A DNA stretch of 64,000 nucleotides from a virus. The notes under the pieces are model-generated. The model was not told the DNA's origin. It did no database searches and saw nothing but the letters and a program-made list of their open reading frames with translations. Both the position numbers and the translations under genes were made by a program. Position 1 is the stretch's first letter, and every line of letters starts with the position of its first letter. The stretch lies in IMG/VR virus record IMGVR_UViG_3300023179_000011, positions 1 through 64,000 of that record. One strand, 5' to 3'. Below are positions 29,280 through 38,431 of the stretch, piece by piece.

Positions 29280-30050
29280 TCACTCGGCATCGTAATTTCT
29301 CCAATGCTGCCGTATCGCGACAACGCCTGATTTAATTTCGTTCTCTATCCACCATTTGTATTCTGGATGCGCTGCTATTACAGCATCATACGACCGTTGC
29401 TGCGCTTCATAATCGAGCGCAGCTTTCCACAAATAGCGTTCTACCGCTTTTTCACAGTTACGGCTGGCCGCAAACGCGTTTCGAAAAAACGGCGTTGCTG
29501 TAACGTAACTTTCGTCGCAGAGTACGTACAGCTCCTGCGCGACCGTAGGCATTTTGTATATCGCAGTTGTCGCTATTCGTAGCTGCAGGGTCTCTGCCGC
29601 CACGTGAAAACGATTTTTGATTATCCGCGGCATATGCGTCACATAATCGCGGTAAATCTCGGCAGATTTGGCGCTGTATAAAACAGACGGCCGCATCTCC
29701 GTTAAACGCTGCTGCCCCGTCGAAATACGCTCTGTAGCGAGCGCAGAGAAGTGCGCATAAACCCAACCACCAAGATCAGCGCCTGCGCGCTCAGCGGCGC
29801 GTAGAATTTTGCCCCAAACTGGCGTGTGTTTTACGCCAAAGTTATCTTTACCGCCGTCCCACATCGGGCGTCTTTTAATATGCGCCCGAGCTTCCCAATC
29901 GTGAACACGTTCGTTCAGATGGATGTACTGGTATCGGATGTAGGCAGCTTTTTGCGCCGGCGTAAGAAATCGATACCAGTCGACTGACAAAAGATCTGAA
30001 TCATTCCCCGCTGTCAGTTCCGCGGGATCGCCAAGAGCGCTGCGCGTCAT
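29280..30050 (-). CDS. hypothetical replication-operon protein
   Basis: Colinear ORF between the SF2 helicase and DnaB; start placed at MTRSALG. Confidence 0.65.
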   Translation of the reverse strand: MTRSALGDPAELTAGNDSDLLSVDWYRFLTPAQKAAYIRYQYIHLNERVHDWEARAHIKRRPMWDGGKDNFGVKHTPVWGKILRAAERAGADLGGWVYAHFSALATERISTGQQRLTEMRPSVLYSAKSAEIYRDYVTHMPRIIKNRFHVAAETLQLRIATTAIYKMPTVAQELYVLCDESYVTATPFFRNAFAASRNCEKAVERYLWKAALDYEAQQRSYDAVIAAHPEYKWWIENEIKSGVVAIRQHWRNYDAE

Positions 30051-32556
30051 GCCAATTCTGCTCCCATCCGAGGAGTTTATAGCTGTTTCGTCGACCAAGA
30101 CTCTTCCTGTAGAAGATCGGGTCAAACGTGTCCATGCAATCCAGTACTTCACCAAATTCTTTTCGTGTGCCGTCTGGAGCCGTGTAAATTCGGCTTACAC
30201 GCCCCGGGCCTTGCACATCGACAATATCGCTATCCCGGTCATCGGCGCGGACAAGAACGTTTAACTGTTCAAAGTCAACGCCGGTGGCCCATACATCCGT
30301 GGCGATTACGCGCTTGAGTTGTCCAGACTCGAACTGTGAACGCATGTCGTATTTCTGTATGTCCGTGAGCGGTTTGTAGTCGGCGGGCAATAAGCCCTTT
30401 TTCCGATACCCCGCGCAGTCATACGGCGACATGTTTCCATAGACGAGACTGAAATCAGGCAATTGCGCGCCGAGATGAACAGCGTGTTCAATCGTCTCTA
30501 CGAGGATCAGAATCTGATGCGATTCTGGATATCCCCGCACGGCTTCGGCGATGATACGATTCCGCTCGTGGTTTGTCCAGATGCCGTATCGCTTGCGCGC
30601 CACGCGGTTGCTGTAGCGTTCTGCGGGATTCGACCGCAAGCGCATTGGCAGCCAATTGACCCGAACCGGCACGACAAGCCCAAGCTCGACGGCCTGCTGA
30701 TAAGTCAACTCAAACACCATAGGACCGAACATAGGCTCAAGCACAGCATGAGCGTTGTCCATCCGCGCATATGGCGTTGCGCTCAGACCGAAGTTGCGGC
30801 TCGTCCGATAACGCGCCGCCAACGCCGTAGAAAAGTTCAGCGTGGCAAGCTGGTGAACTTCGTCGGCAAACAAGAAATCAGCGTCACCGTCGGAGTGCGC
30901 CAAACTGCCGGCGGTGATTACGGTCACGCGTTCCCACTGTTTCCATCCGTCGCCTACGCGGCCCACTTTCGGCAAAAGCCGTTTCAGGCTGCGCACGATT
31001 CGGTCGGCCACGTCTACTGATTTGGTGACTACGTGTATTTTGGCTGTCGGAAATAGCAGGGCGGCGGCGCCAATCAGGGTTGTGTTGTGCGTGACGGTGT
31101 AATCGCGCGTCAAATACAGCCCGTCATCGGCACTAACGGAAATACAGGCACACGGCGTCACTCCGGCAGGCCGAATATCGACAATCGCTTTGGTTTTGCC
31201 CTGCTTCGTGTGCCTGCGCCACAACCGCGCTTTCCGCGGCAGGCGAAACGGATTGACCGACAAATTGACCGCCACACGCCAATAAGTCTTTCCGGGTTGC
31301 GCAGCGTACTCTTGGGCTTTTACGCGCGTAACGCCGCCGAGTGAACGCACTAGGTCGCACACATCTTCAGCCAGTTGCTTTGACGCCACAGCGCCAAACT
31401 CTACATGGTAGGCGTTTTTGCGCACAGTGCCGTCCGTGTCCATCAAACCACGCAACAACGCCAACCGCTGCTCAAAACTACCGTACTTGTACATGTGCGG
31501 AATGTGCTTGTCTTGAGCCAGCACGCACACGCCAAGTTTTTCAAGCTCTGTTTTTAGCGGGTTTTCTCGTTTTTTGACGCCGTGCGTGATTCTCCAGTCG
31601 TAGGCTGCGGCATAAACAGGATAAAGTCCGAGCGGCGCCACAGCTTGTTCAACAAAAGCAACCATTTCCAAATCACTCGTGCTAAACATGACGCTGTTTT
31701 GCGTCAAACCACCGTCACCGAGAAGCACGCCCAACAAATAAGGATCAACTGGCAAGTCGCGCTGTTCAAAATGCACCGGTTCAGTCACGGGAACAAACCA
31801 TTTACGCTCGCCGCGGTTGTTGACCAGATCGCCGATCAGCGACCCGATAGCGACCGTGCGGTATCCCGTTTCGCGGTACTTGTGAGCTTTAGTCTGAACG
31901 TTCCAAAGATGTTCTTTGCAGCACTGCACTACAGAACCGTCCGAAAATTCAACCTCGACAATCTCTTTCACGCCCTGCAGATAAACGCCTGTCACTTCCG
32001 TGGGGTAACCGTTTGCTCCGATGACGTAATCGCCGGGTTGCAACGCGCCGAGCGGTACGGGACCAATCGGCGTGTAAACGGTTTCAGTTAAAGGTTGCGC
32101 TTTCCCGAACCCCGTGACTGCTTTAATAATGCCGCACGGAACACGCGAAATTGTGCGCAAACATTCTTCCTGTCGAGCACGAAACGTAATACGCCCGGCT
32201 AGATTTTCCCACTGTGGCGTGTAACATTCTGGACGTTTACGCAAACCAGACCGATCAATAAGCACTGTCGGGCACCCGAGCTTTTTGAGGCGGTTCACCA
32301 TGCGGGCTAAATACCCGCTAAGAACAATCACATGTCCGTTCTCGACGCGGTGCAACTTGTATTCTTTCGTTTGAAAGAACATTCGCTGCCCTGTAATTGG
32401 GTCTCGGCGCGCCTGCCCGTGAACCTGCTCAATATGTGAGTACCGTAAATCGTGCGTCAGGCGCTTGATCAGCGCATCATTTAAAGGCGCGTTATCCGCG
32501 CCAGTAATCGTTAAAACGTTTCCAACGCGTGTAATGGTTACGGGTTGGGCAATCAT
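30001..32556 (-). CDS. superfamily 2 helicase (UvsW/XPB-like) with intein
   Basis: After splicing: KAVTGFGK-TTL (Walker A); FADEVH (DExH); GLSATP; IATDVWATGVD; QGPGRVSR. Start is MIAQP at 32556, one base after the upstream TAG. Confidence 0.92.
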   Translation of the reverse strand: MIAQPVTITRVGNVLTITGADNAPLNDALIKRLTHDLRYSHIEQVHGQARRDPITGQRMFFQTKEYKLHRVENGHVIVLSGYLARMVNRLKKLGCPTVLIDRSGLRKRPECYTPQWENLAGRITFRARQEECLRTISRVPCGIIKAVTGFGKAQPLTETVYTPIGPVPLGALQPGDYVIGANGYPTEVTGVYLQGVKEIVEVEFSDGSVVQCCKEHLWNVQTKAHKYRETGYRTVAIGSLIGDLVNNRGERKWFVPVTEPVHFEQRDLPVDPYLLGVLLGDGGLTQNSVMFSTSDLEMVAFVEQAVAPLGLYPVYAAAYDWRITHGVKKRENPLKTELEKLGVCVLAQDKHIPHMYKYGSFEQRLALLRGLMDTDGTVRKNAYHVEFGAVASKQLAEDVCDLVRSLGGVTRVKAQEYAAQPGKTYWRVAVNLSVNPFRLPRKARLWRRHTKQGKTKAIVDIRPAGVTPCACISVSADDGLYLTRDYTVTHNTTLIGAAALLFPTAKIHVVTKSVDVADRIVRSLKRLLPKVGRVGDGWKQWERVTVITAGSLAHSDGDADFLFADEVHQLATLNFSTALAARYRTSRNFGLSATPYARMDNAHAVLEPMFGPMVFELTYQQAVELGLVVPVRVNWLPMRLRSNPAERYSNRVARKRYGIWTNHERNRIIAEAVRGYPESHQILILVETIEHAVHLGAQLPDFSLVYGNMSPYDCAGYRKKGLLPADYKPLTDIQKYDMRSQFESGQLKRVIATDVWATGVDFEQLNVLVRADDRDSDIVDVQGPGRVSRIYTAPDGTRKEFGEVLDCMDTFDPIFYRKSLGRRNSYKLLGWEQNWHDAQRSWRSRGTDSGE
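31084..32100 (-). mobile_element. class 3-type intein (339 aa) with LAGLIDADG endonuclease
   Basis: Starts with Ala (AQPLTETVYTP); block B CCKEHLW (Trp); block F PCACISV (Cys); block G VTHN (Thr); +1 Thr; LGVLLGDG and LRGLMDTDG. Confidence 0.92.
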
Positions 32557-32557
32557 A

Positions 32558-33055
32558 CTAGCCGTCGCTTCCCGGTCCTGAGACGGGCTCGACGGAAAGG
32601 ACTTCAAATGTCCCATATTTTTCCTGCGCGTTGTTGAACGGAGAGAAACCCCGATATTTTCCAACTAAAGTAAGTAAGTGCACAAAATCGCCCAACGGAA
32701 TCTCCTCTGGAAGCACCGCCGACACTATCACAATGTCGCCGGGTCGAAAAGCCTCGTGCAGCGCATAGTGGCTACGAATCTGAGTGTCCGGCTGCTGTGT
32801 CAAAATTGTGCGGCGCCAGTCGTTTCGCGGCTCGCCCATAACAATAGGGCACCAGTCGATTTTTTTAACGTCACTGTGATGACGATTAGCGATCTTGGCC
32901 GCATATCGCATACATGACAACCACGCCGACGGTAGAAACATGACGCGCTGACTTGGATCACGGTCGAAGCAAAAAATGACTTGGCCGTGACGTCGCTTTT
33001 TTGCAGCACCAAGGCACACACGGTTGAACCGGATTTTGATAGTTATTTCTTGCAT
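32558..33055 (-). CDS. minimal RAMP (Cas7-like RRM fold) protein
   Basis: ITIKIRFNRVCLG (beta1+G); FDRDPSQRVMFLPSAWLSCMRYAA (FxRD...helix1); HEAFRPGDIVIVSAVL; LLTLVGKYRGFSPF...KYGTFEV (eroded G-loop plus last strand). Confidence 0.6.
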   Translation of the reverse strand: MQEITIKIRFNRVCLGAAKKRRHGQVIFCFDRDPSQRVMFLPSAWLSCMRYAAKIANRHHSDVKKIDWCPIVMGEPRNDWRRTILTQQPDTQIRSHYALHEAFRPGDIVIVSAVLPEEIPLGDFVHLLTLVGKYRGFSPFNNAQEKYGTFEVLSVEPVSGPGSDG

Positions 33056-33056
33056 G

Positions 33057-33998
33057 TCACTGCTGCTTCTTGCTCATATGCTCTGCATACGCTGCGCGTT
33101 CCGCCGGTGTTTTAAAAAACAAGTTTGGCGCAAACAAACCGTCTTTTGCGCCCCGCCGGTTTTCTAACCCGTCGAGCCAGTTGTAGCGTAAATAACGTAC
33201 AAACGCTTGCGACGCCCGCAGATCACCTTTCACGCCGCCACGAACGGCTTTGTGAATACGGTACAAAAAGTTAGCAGGATTTTGTAGATCAATTTCTGCC
33301 AGATCGACTGTTTTCCAAGCACGTAAAACATTTGCACAACGCAGTTCTCGACTCTTGTGCAATAAACTTGTCGGCGTTGATACGTTTTCTTGCACTTGCG
33401 GCGTCAAACCTAAAAACAATTCAAGTTTTGCCGCGCGGTCTGGCGACTTGCGGTCAACATACCAGCGCGGGTCAACAATTGTAGCGAGTAGTTGCGCGGC
33501 TACTTCTTCTGACAACGTTGGTATAAATGTCAACGCTTTGTGCGCCGGGTGCATCCGAAAGTAAGCTTTTGCTGCGTCATCAAAAACAAAGTTAGTTCGC
33601 TGCATACGGCCAAGAATGGCATACGTTGGGTAATCATGCGCTGAGAGCTTGTGCCAACCTCCGGCGGCAGGAGATACATCAACACCGCGCATATGACGTA
33701 AAACAATTTGAGGATCGCTGATATCTTCTGCGGCGTGTAGTACATTTGGCCCGGCTATTTCGACGCGATTAATCTCGTTTTTGTAGTGTCGCAAATATAG
33801 TGCTGAAATAAGCTCAGCGTTCTGCGGCAAGCCTAGAACACGAACCTGAACGCCCATACCGTGCAGCACTGGAGAAAGTAAAAACGAATCTAACACCTGA
33901 TCTGAATTTGTAGCCGGTCCGATGCCGACAGAAAACCAGATCCGACCGTCAGTGTGGGTGTGGAGTTTGATTACGTTTTCATCAGCTACGTTGTACAT
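33057..33998 (-). CDS. IS110 transposase/Nop-domain-like protein, catalytic residues apparently lost
   Basis: HPAHKALTFIPTLSEEVAAQLLATIVDPRWY...KLELFLGLTP matches the IS110 C-terminal/Nop signature; the C-terminal KGDLRASQAFVRYLRYNW helix also fits. The N-terminal part has an RNase-H-like strand/helix order without the DEDD set. Confidence 0.65.
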   Translation of the reverse strand: MYNVADENVIKLHTHTDGRIWFSVGIGPATNSDQVLDSFLLSPVLHGMGVQVRVLGLPQNAELISALYLRHYKNEINRVEIAGPNVLHAAEDISDPQIVLRHMRGVDVSPAAGGWHKLSAHDYPTYAILGRMQRTNFVFDDAAKAYFRMHPAHKALTFIPTLSEEVAAQLLATIVDPRWYVDRKSPDRAAKLELFLGLTPQVQENVSTPTSLLHKSRELRCANVLRAWKTVDLAEIDLQNPANFLYRIHKAVRGGVKGDLRASQAFVRYLRYNWLDGLENRRGAKDGLFAPNLFFKTPAERAAYAEHMSKKQQ

Positions 33999-36135
33999 GC
34001 CGCAACTCCGGGGCCTCTAGTTCGATTGCAGATTCAAACAAATGCGAAAGATTGATTGCATGCGTGACAAGCAAGCATTGCAACCCTTTCGCGGTAGACA
34101 GCTCGCGTAATTTTTCAAGAACAGGCGCTAAAGCCTGAATACGCGGCTGATCCAAAGACGCAGTCGGCTCATCCAATGCAAGGAGGCCGATTTCTTCGGC
34201 AAACATGGCGTTGACGGCGACTCGAAACGCAAGAGCCAAGACTGTTTTTTGTCCAATTGACAGTCGTTGTGCGACCTGTCTTCGTCCGTCAAAGAACTCT
34301 GCGATAAATGTAGGTGTTCCATCCGTAGCAACCTTAATAACAAAGTTTACACGAAACACCTGCAACAATTCGTTGATCGCTGATTCGAGCCGCTGCAAAT
34401 TACGTTGCGCAACGAGTCGTGGAGCGTTTTTCAACGCTTCGCGCGTTGTTTCCGCCAAACCAACCCAGCGCCGCAACTTACCGGCAAGCACCTCTTGCGC
34501 CCGCACTTCTGCGCACTGCTCATCAAACCGCTTCTTTTCGAACAGGATCTGCGCCCGCTGGTCTGTCAAGCCGGCGCGCGTTTTTAATTGTTCCTGTAAC
34601 TGCTGCAGCCTCGTTTGCGCAAGATGCGCGTCAGCGTGCGTTATTGAAATCTCGGCTAATTCTTCTTCGAGCTGCTTCTTGCGAGTTTTAAGCGCTTCGA
34701 TTGCGCCGGTAACCTGCGCTCGTTCTTCACGGGCTTTTTGCGCTAACGGTTCAATCTCTTTTTTGACTCGTTGAAATTCTTCGTAGTCCACAACCGCTTG
34801 CTGTAGCTCGTCTTCGCTCAGATCCGGCGGTTTGACAGCCAGTAAATCTTTTTCAGCCGCGTCAAGCTGCTGTTCTTTTGCGTCGCGCGATTTCTGCCGC
34901 TTTTCCCAGTCGGCCCACACACCCTCTTTAAACGTCTGCTGATTAGCGGCTTTTTTCCATTCCACCAAATCTTCTTCCATTGTCACGAGGTCCAGCTTGT
35001 ATTGCTCGACCTGCGCGGCCAACCGCGAAGACGGCGTATGGCACGTGGGGCACTCAGCGCAACCGTCGGCCGAAAACATATCAATAAATCGTTTGATTTC
35101 TTTGATACGCTGTTCACGCGAATGCTGGTCACGGCGCATTTCTTCGGCAGTAGGCAATCCCGGTTTTTCGGGCTGCGGGTCTTTTTCCCGCTCTGTCGCC
35201 AGCTGTGCTCGTGTCGTTTGAAAGTTCTCTTTTGCCTTCGCTACGCTCTTGTAACTCGCCCAGTGGCCCAGCGCGACACGCGCGGCCGCATGCGACTCTT
35301 CTTGCCCGTCAGCAGCTTTCGTCAACGCTAGCAGATCCTCGTCGTACTGCGCGGAGGAGTTTACAAGCGTTTCCAATTTCTGCTGCTGTTGCTCAAGCTG
35401 TTTCTCCAGTTTTGACAACTCGCCAGCGCCGCGTTCTCTAGCGTCCCACTGCTGAATTGTTGTCTGCGCGGCGCGCATGAGCGTCAGAATGTTATCTGGA
35501 TTTGGCAACTGCGCGATCTGTTCTTCCAGTGCGTGAGCGAGCTTTGCGGCGTCATTAGACTGCGCCTCCAGCTCGTCGGCTGTGTGAACAATTTCTGGAA
35601 TGCTAAGTTTTGATAGCGCTTTGCCAATAACGTCCTGACACTTGTCAGCACGCGCCGTGTTAAACAGCCGCTGAAAAAACTTATCAGTATCGGTTTGATT
35701 GTCGTCGATAAACGAAAAAATCTCGGTCTGCGCGACGATAATAAACCGACTGATAAACTTAGCGTCAACGCCTAGCAGTTTTTCAATGCCGGCCGTCACG
35801 CTTTTATCGCCACGCCCTATTTCCTTGCCGTCCACAAGCAGTGTGGACTGCTCTTTCTCCGGTAATAAGTGGCGCGTCACAACGGCAATATGCCCGTTAT
35901 GCTCAAACTCTAGCGTAGCGTACGCAGGTTCACCTTCGCGAGCGTATTGCGAAATGTTGTCAGATTTCACACCAAAATTTGGGTTCTCGCCGGTAAGCAA
36001 CCATCGAATCGCGCCAAACAAACTGCTCTTACCAGAACCGTTTTCACCGAGAATTGCCACCAGCCCGCGCGTGAACTCACACACTCGATAGCGGTGATGT
36101 ACCCAATTCTTTACTTTCAATTTCAAGAGCTGCAT
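33982..36135 (-). CDS. sbcC: SbcC/Rad50-like SMC ATPase
   Basis: ILGENGSGKSS; long coiled coil; CPTC Zn hook; LSIGQK; LALDEPTASLD; LVTH. Confidence 0.93.
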   Translation of the reverse strand: MQLLKLKVKNWVHHRYRVCEFTRGLVAILGENGSGKSSLFGAIRWLLTGENPNFGVKSDNISQYAREGEPAYATLEFEHNGHIAVVTRHLLPEKEQSTLLVDGKEIGRGDKSVTAGIEKLLGVDAKFISRFIIVAQTEIFSFIDDNQTDTDKFFQRLFNTARADKCQDVIGKALSKLSIPEIVHTADELEAQSNDAAKLAHALEEQIAQLPNPDNILTLMRAAQTTIQQWDARERGAGELSKLEKQLEQQQQKLETLVNSSAQYDEDLLALTKAADGQEESHAAARVALGHWASYKSVAKAKENFQTTRAQLATEREKDPQPEKPGLPTAEEMRRDQHSREQRIKEIKRFIDMFSADGCAECPTCHTPSSRLAAQVEQYKLDLVTMEEDLVEWKKAANQQTFKEGVWADWEKRQKSRDAKEQQLDAAEKDLLAVKPPDLSEDELQQAVVDYEEFQRVKKEIEPLAQKAREERAQVTGAIEALKTRKKQLEEELAEISITHADAHLAQTRLQQLQEQLKTRAGLTDQRAQILFEKKRFDEQCAEVRAQEVLAGKLRRWVGLAETTREALKNAPRLVAQRNLQRLESAINELLQVFRVNFVIKVATDGTPTFIAEFFDGRRQVAQRLSIGQKTVLALAFRVAVNAMFAEEIGLLALDEPTASLDQPRIQALAPVLEKLRELSTAKGLQCLLVTHAINLSHLFESAIELEAPELRHVQRS

Positions 36136-37255
36136 CGTTCGATTCTCCGGTCATGTATTTTGAAAACTGTACATCAAGCTCTTTGTTTGCATCATCCGCC
36201 GCAAGCAATGCCGCGGCCAACTTATACGCATCTGTACCTTCACCCATCAAATCGCCCAGCGCTGACAGCAAATCGTTCTTGGCGGCATCACGTGTGCCGG
36301 CGCGCCTGTCACTGTCATCTTTACTTGTCAGAGCTTCACAAAACACGTGCGCTGACTCGCCAAGCGCTGTGACAAGGCGGATATATGCGTCGGGTAGTTG
36401 CTTGTTAAACTTGATCCTCACAATTGGTTTAGAAATTTCAGCCGGTAGGTCGGCAAATTCGCACACATCTTTGATATCGCGTTCAAACTGACCGGCGCAG
36501 AGGCTATCCAACAGATCCTGCTCGCGCACGGTGTAGTTAATAAACCGGCGTGTTTTAAGCGGAACAGGAGCAAACTCAAAGCCCAAAACACCGTCAGTCC
36601 GTTGCCCGATAACAAAGAAAAATTTTGACGGGTCTTCGCCGCAGTCCTGCATGCAGATAGAGCCGGGCGACAACATCCGAATTGGTTGTCCGTGCGCGTT
36701 GACACTTTCTACGGTCTTAGTGACGTGAAAGTCGCCGGCCAGCACAGTTTGAACATAGTGCACGTCGGTTAGCTCACACTCGGTGCGACCGACGTTGCCC
36801 ATAAAGTCTTTCCAGACCTGATGCGCGATTAAGATATCTGTGTCAACCGGAACTTCTTTAAACGCGGCTTGAATCTCGCCGCGCGGAAGCCAGTCAAGTC
36901 CGTATACGCGCGCACCGTTAATATTTACGGTTTGCTTGTGAATATGATTGGACCATTTGTGCACGCTTAACCACGGCGCGTTTCGGTCGTACTCGTGATT
37001 GCCCTGAATGTAGTGCACAGCTAAATTTGCCGCCTGCATACGGCTCAGCCCGTTACACAGCTGAGCGATTGGGCGCGCAGAATTGCTTTTCTTTTCCAAC
37101 ACGTCGCCGCCAAGTATCAGCGGCAGATGATGCTCAATGCAGTAATCGATGATTTGATTGAAACTGTAATACGCGTCGCCATAAATACCGGGACGCGTCG
37201 ACCACGCACCATCTTCAAGGTGCAAGTCAGCAGTAAAAACAAAAAGCGGCCTCAC
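36077..37255 (-). CDS. sbcD: SbcD/Mre11-like metallophosphoesterase nuclease
   Basis: TADLHL; LGGDV; GNHE; IAHQ; LAGDFH; SPGS. Confidence 0.93.
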   Translation of the reverse strand: MRPLFVFTADLHLEDGAWSTRPGIYGDAYYSFNQIIDYCIEHHLPLILGGDVLEKKSNSARPIAQLCNGLSRMQAANLAVHYIQGNHEYDRNAPWLSVHKWSNHIHKQTVNINGARVYGLDWLPRGEIQAAFKEVPVDTDILIAHQVWKDFMGNVGRTECELTDVHYVQTVLAGDFHVTKTVESVNAHGQPIRMLSPGSICMQDCGEDPSKFFFVIGQRTDGVLGFEFAPVPLKTRRFINYTVREQDLLDSLCAGQFERDIKDVCEFADLPAEISKPIVRIKFNKQLPDAYIRLVTALGESAHVFCEALTSKDDSDRRAGTRDAAKNDLLSALGDLMGEGTDAYKLAAALLAADDANKELDVQFSKYMTGESNDAALEIESKELGTSPLSSV

Positions 37256-37264
37256 GCACTGCTC

Positions 37265-37882
37265 CTAGTCTTCGTCGTCGTTTTCATAATCAGCGTCTTC
37301 ATCGTCTTCAAAATACTCTTCCTCGTCGTATTGTTTGCTGTTGTTTTTCGTGTTGTGCGGCAACTGCCAATACGGATTAACAGGCACGTCGGCCATGCCG
37401 GCGCCGTAATCAAACGGTTTGAACAGTTTCATTAAAGTTGCAACATAGGCGCCGATTATTTTTGGCAACTTGTTTACGTCAATAGATTGAATAGTGTGCG
37501 CCATTTCTTTCCACGACGCCGGTTCACCGCTAAAAAACCCGTCGTCTTTCTTTTTACCCTTTGGCGTTTTTGTTACAACTTTAAAAAACGACAGCGTAAA
37601 CAACTCGGCTAGGTCGTCGGTAGTCGGCACTGGGGCGCTGAACGACTTGTGCTTCAGTCTGTGCTTTTTTTGCAGCGCCATCAACTCGCTATCAAAATCG
37701 GCCTGCATCTGCTGCAAAGCCTTGGCCAACCGAGAGGCAGCCACGACCTCTTTCACGCCAAGATTAGCCGGGTTCATCAGATCGAGAACCGACCACAGTA
37801 GATGGTAGTCGCGCCGCATTGCCGCAACGTAAGTCTGAATAAACTGGCGCTCTGTTTTAGATATGTTATTCAGATCAAACAT
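37265..37882 (-). CDS. hypothetical protein
   Basis: 205 aa colinear ORF with acidic tail. Confidence 0.65.
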   Translation of the reverse strand: MFDLNNISKTERQFIQTYVAAMRRDYHLLWSVLDLMNPANLGVKEVVAASRLAKALQQMQADFDSELMALQKKHRLKHKSFSAPVPTTDDLAELFTLSFFKVVTKTPKGKKKDDGFFSGEPASWKEMAHTIQSIDVNKLPKIIGAYVATLMKLFKPFDYGAGMADVPVNPYWQLPHNTKNNSKQYDEEEYFEDDEDADYENDDED

Positions 37883-37913
37883 GCGGCAGCCTTTATTACA
37901 CGCACGTAACTAA

Positions 37914-38156
37914 TCAGTCGCTTTCGGGCGGCGGCTCGTCAGCGACCTTTGCAATAATACCATCTCGCTCAAGATCTTGCAGCAGCGGTTCAAGCCGGCG
38001 CAGGTATCCGCACAACATGCTCATCCAGTTAACAAGTTCTTCCGGCGTCCGCTGCAAAAACTTTTCTTTAAGCTCTTCCTCAGTGAGATGTTCGACCTCG
38101 ATGTTCTCAAATTTGTCGCCGCGCTTTGCACGTAAATAAGCACCGGTCATTCGCAC
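37914..38156 (-). CDS. hypothetical protein
   Basis: 80 aa colinear ORF. Confidence 0.55.
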   Translation of the reverse strand: MRMTGAYLRAKRGDKFENIEVEHLTEEELKEKFLQRTPEELVNWMSMLCGYLRRLEPLLQDLERDGIIAKVADEPPPESD

Positions 38157-38380
38157 GACTCCGTAGAAACACAGCCATCAAGATGAAATACCGCCTTGAA
38201 CGTATCAAACGCTTTTTCAACACGCATGCGAGTCATTACAGAAACGCCAATCAGCGCGTTTGCAATTTCGTCGATGTTAACGTCGTCTTTTTCCAGTATG
38301 CGCTCTACCAGCAGGTCGAGATCGTCTGCCGTGTTGTAAATGTTTGTGATATCCGTCTCAAGTTGAAAGCGATCAGCCAT
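38147..38380 (-). CDS. hypothetical protein
   Basis: 77 aa ORF; AGGAG RBS. Confidence 0.6.
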   Translation of the reverse strand: MADRFQLETDITNIYNTADDLDLLVERILEKDDVNIDEIANALIGVSVMTRMRVEKAFDTFKAVFHLDGCVSTESCE

Positions 38381-38431
38381 TTTTAGCTCCTAGTAAACAA
38401 AACAATAAGTAGCCCAACCGTCAGCCGCCGA

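Noticed and set aside
32557-32664. Longer helicase start (MENIGVS...)
   Set aside because: It would overlap the RAMP gene; the ATG at 32556 directly follows the RAMP stop.
2299-33055. Split Cas3 (HD nuclease plus SF2 helicase) working with the RAMP
   Set aside because: The HD protein is SAH/Mesh1-like, degenerate and 27 kb away. The helicase looks UvsW/XPB-like rather than Cas3-like.
33057-33998. Active IS110 insertion sequence
   Set aside because: There are no non-coding ends, the gene overlaps or abuts both neighbours in frame-coupled fashion, and the catalytic residues are missing.
38386-38431. tRNA-associated HDV-like (theta) ribozyme 3' of tRNA-Gln
   Set aside because: Only about 45 nt including the next RBS; I could not build the P1/P2/P3 pseudoknot or the J4/2 catalytic C.
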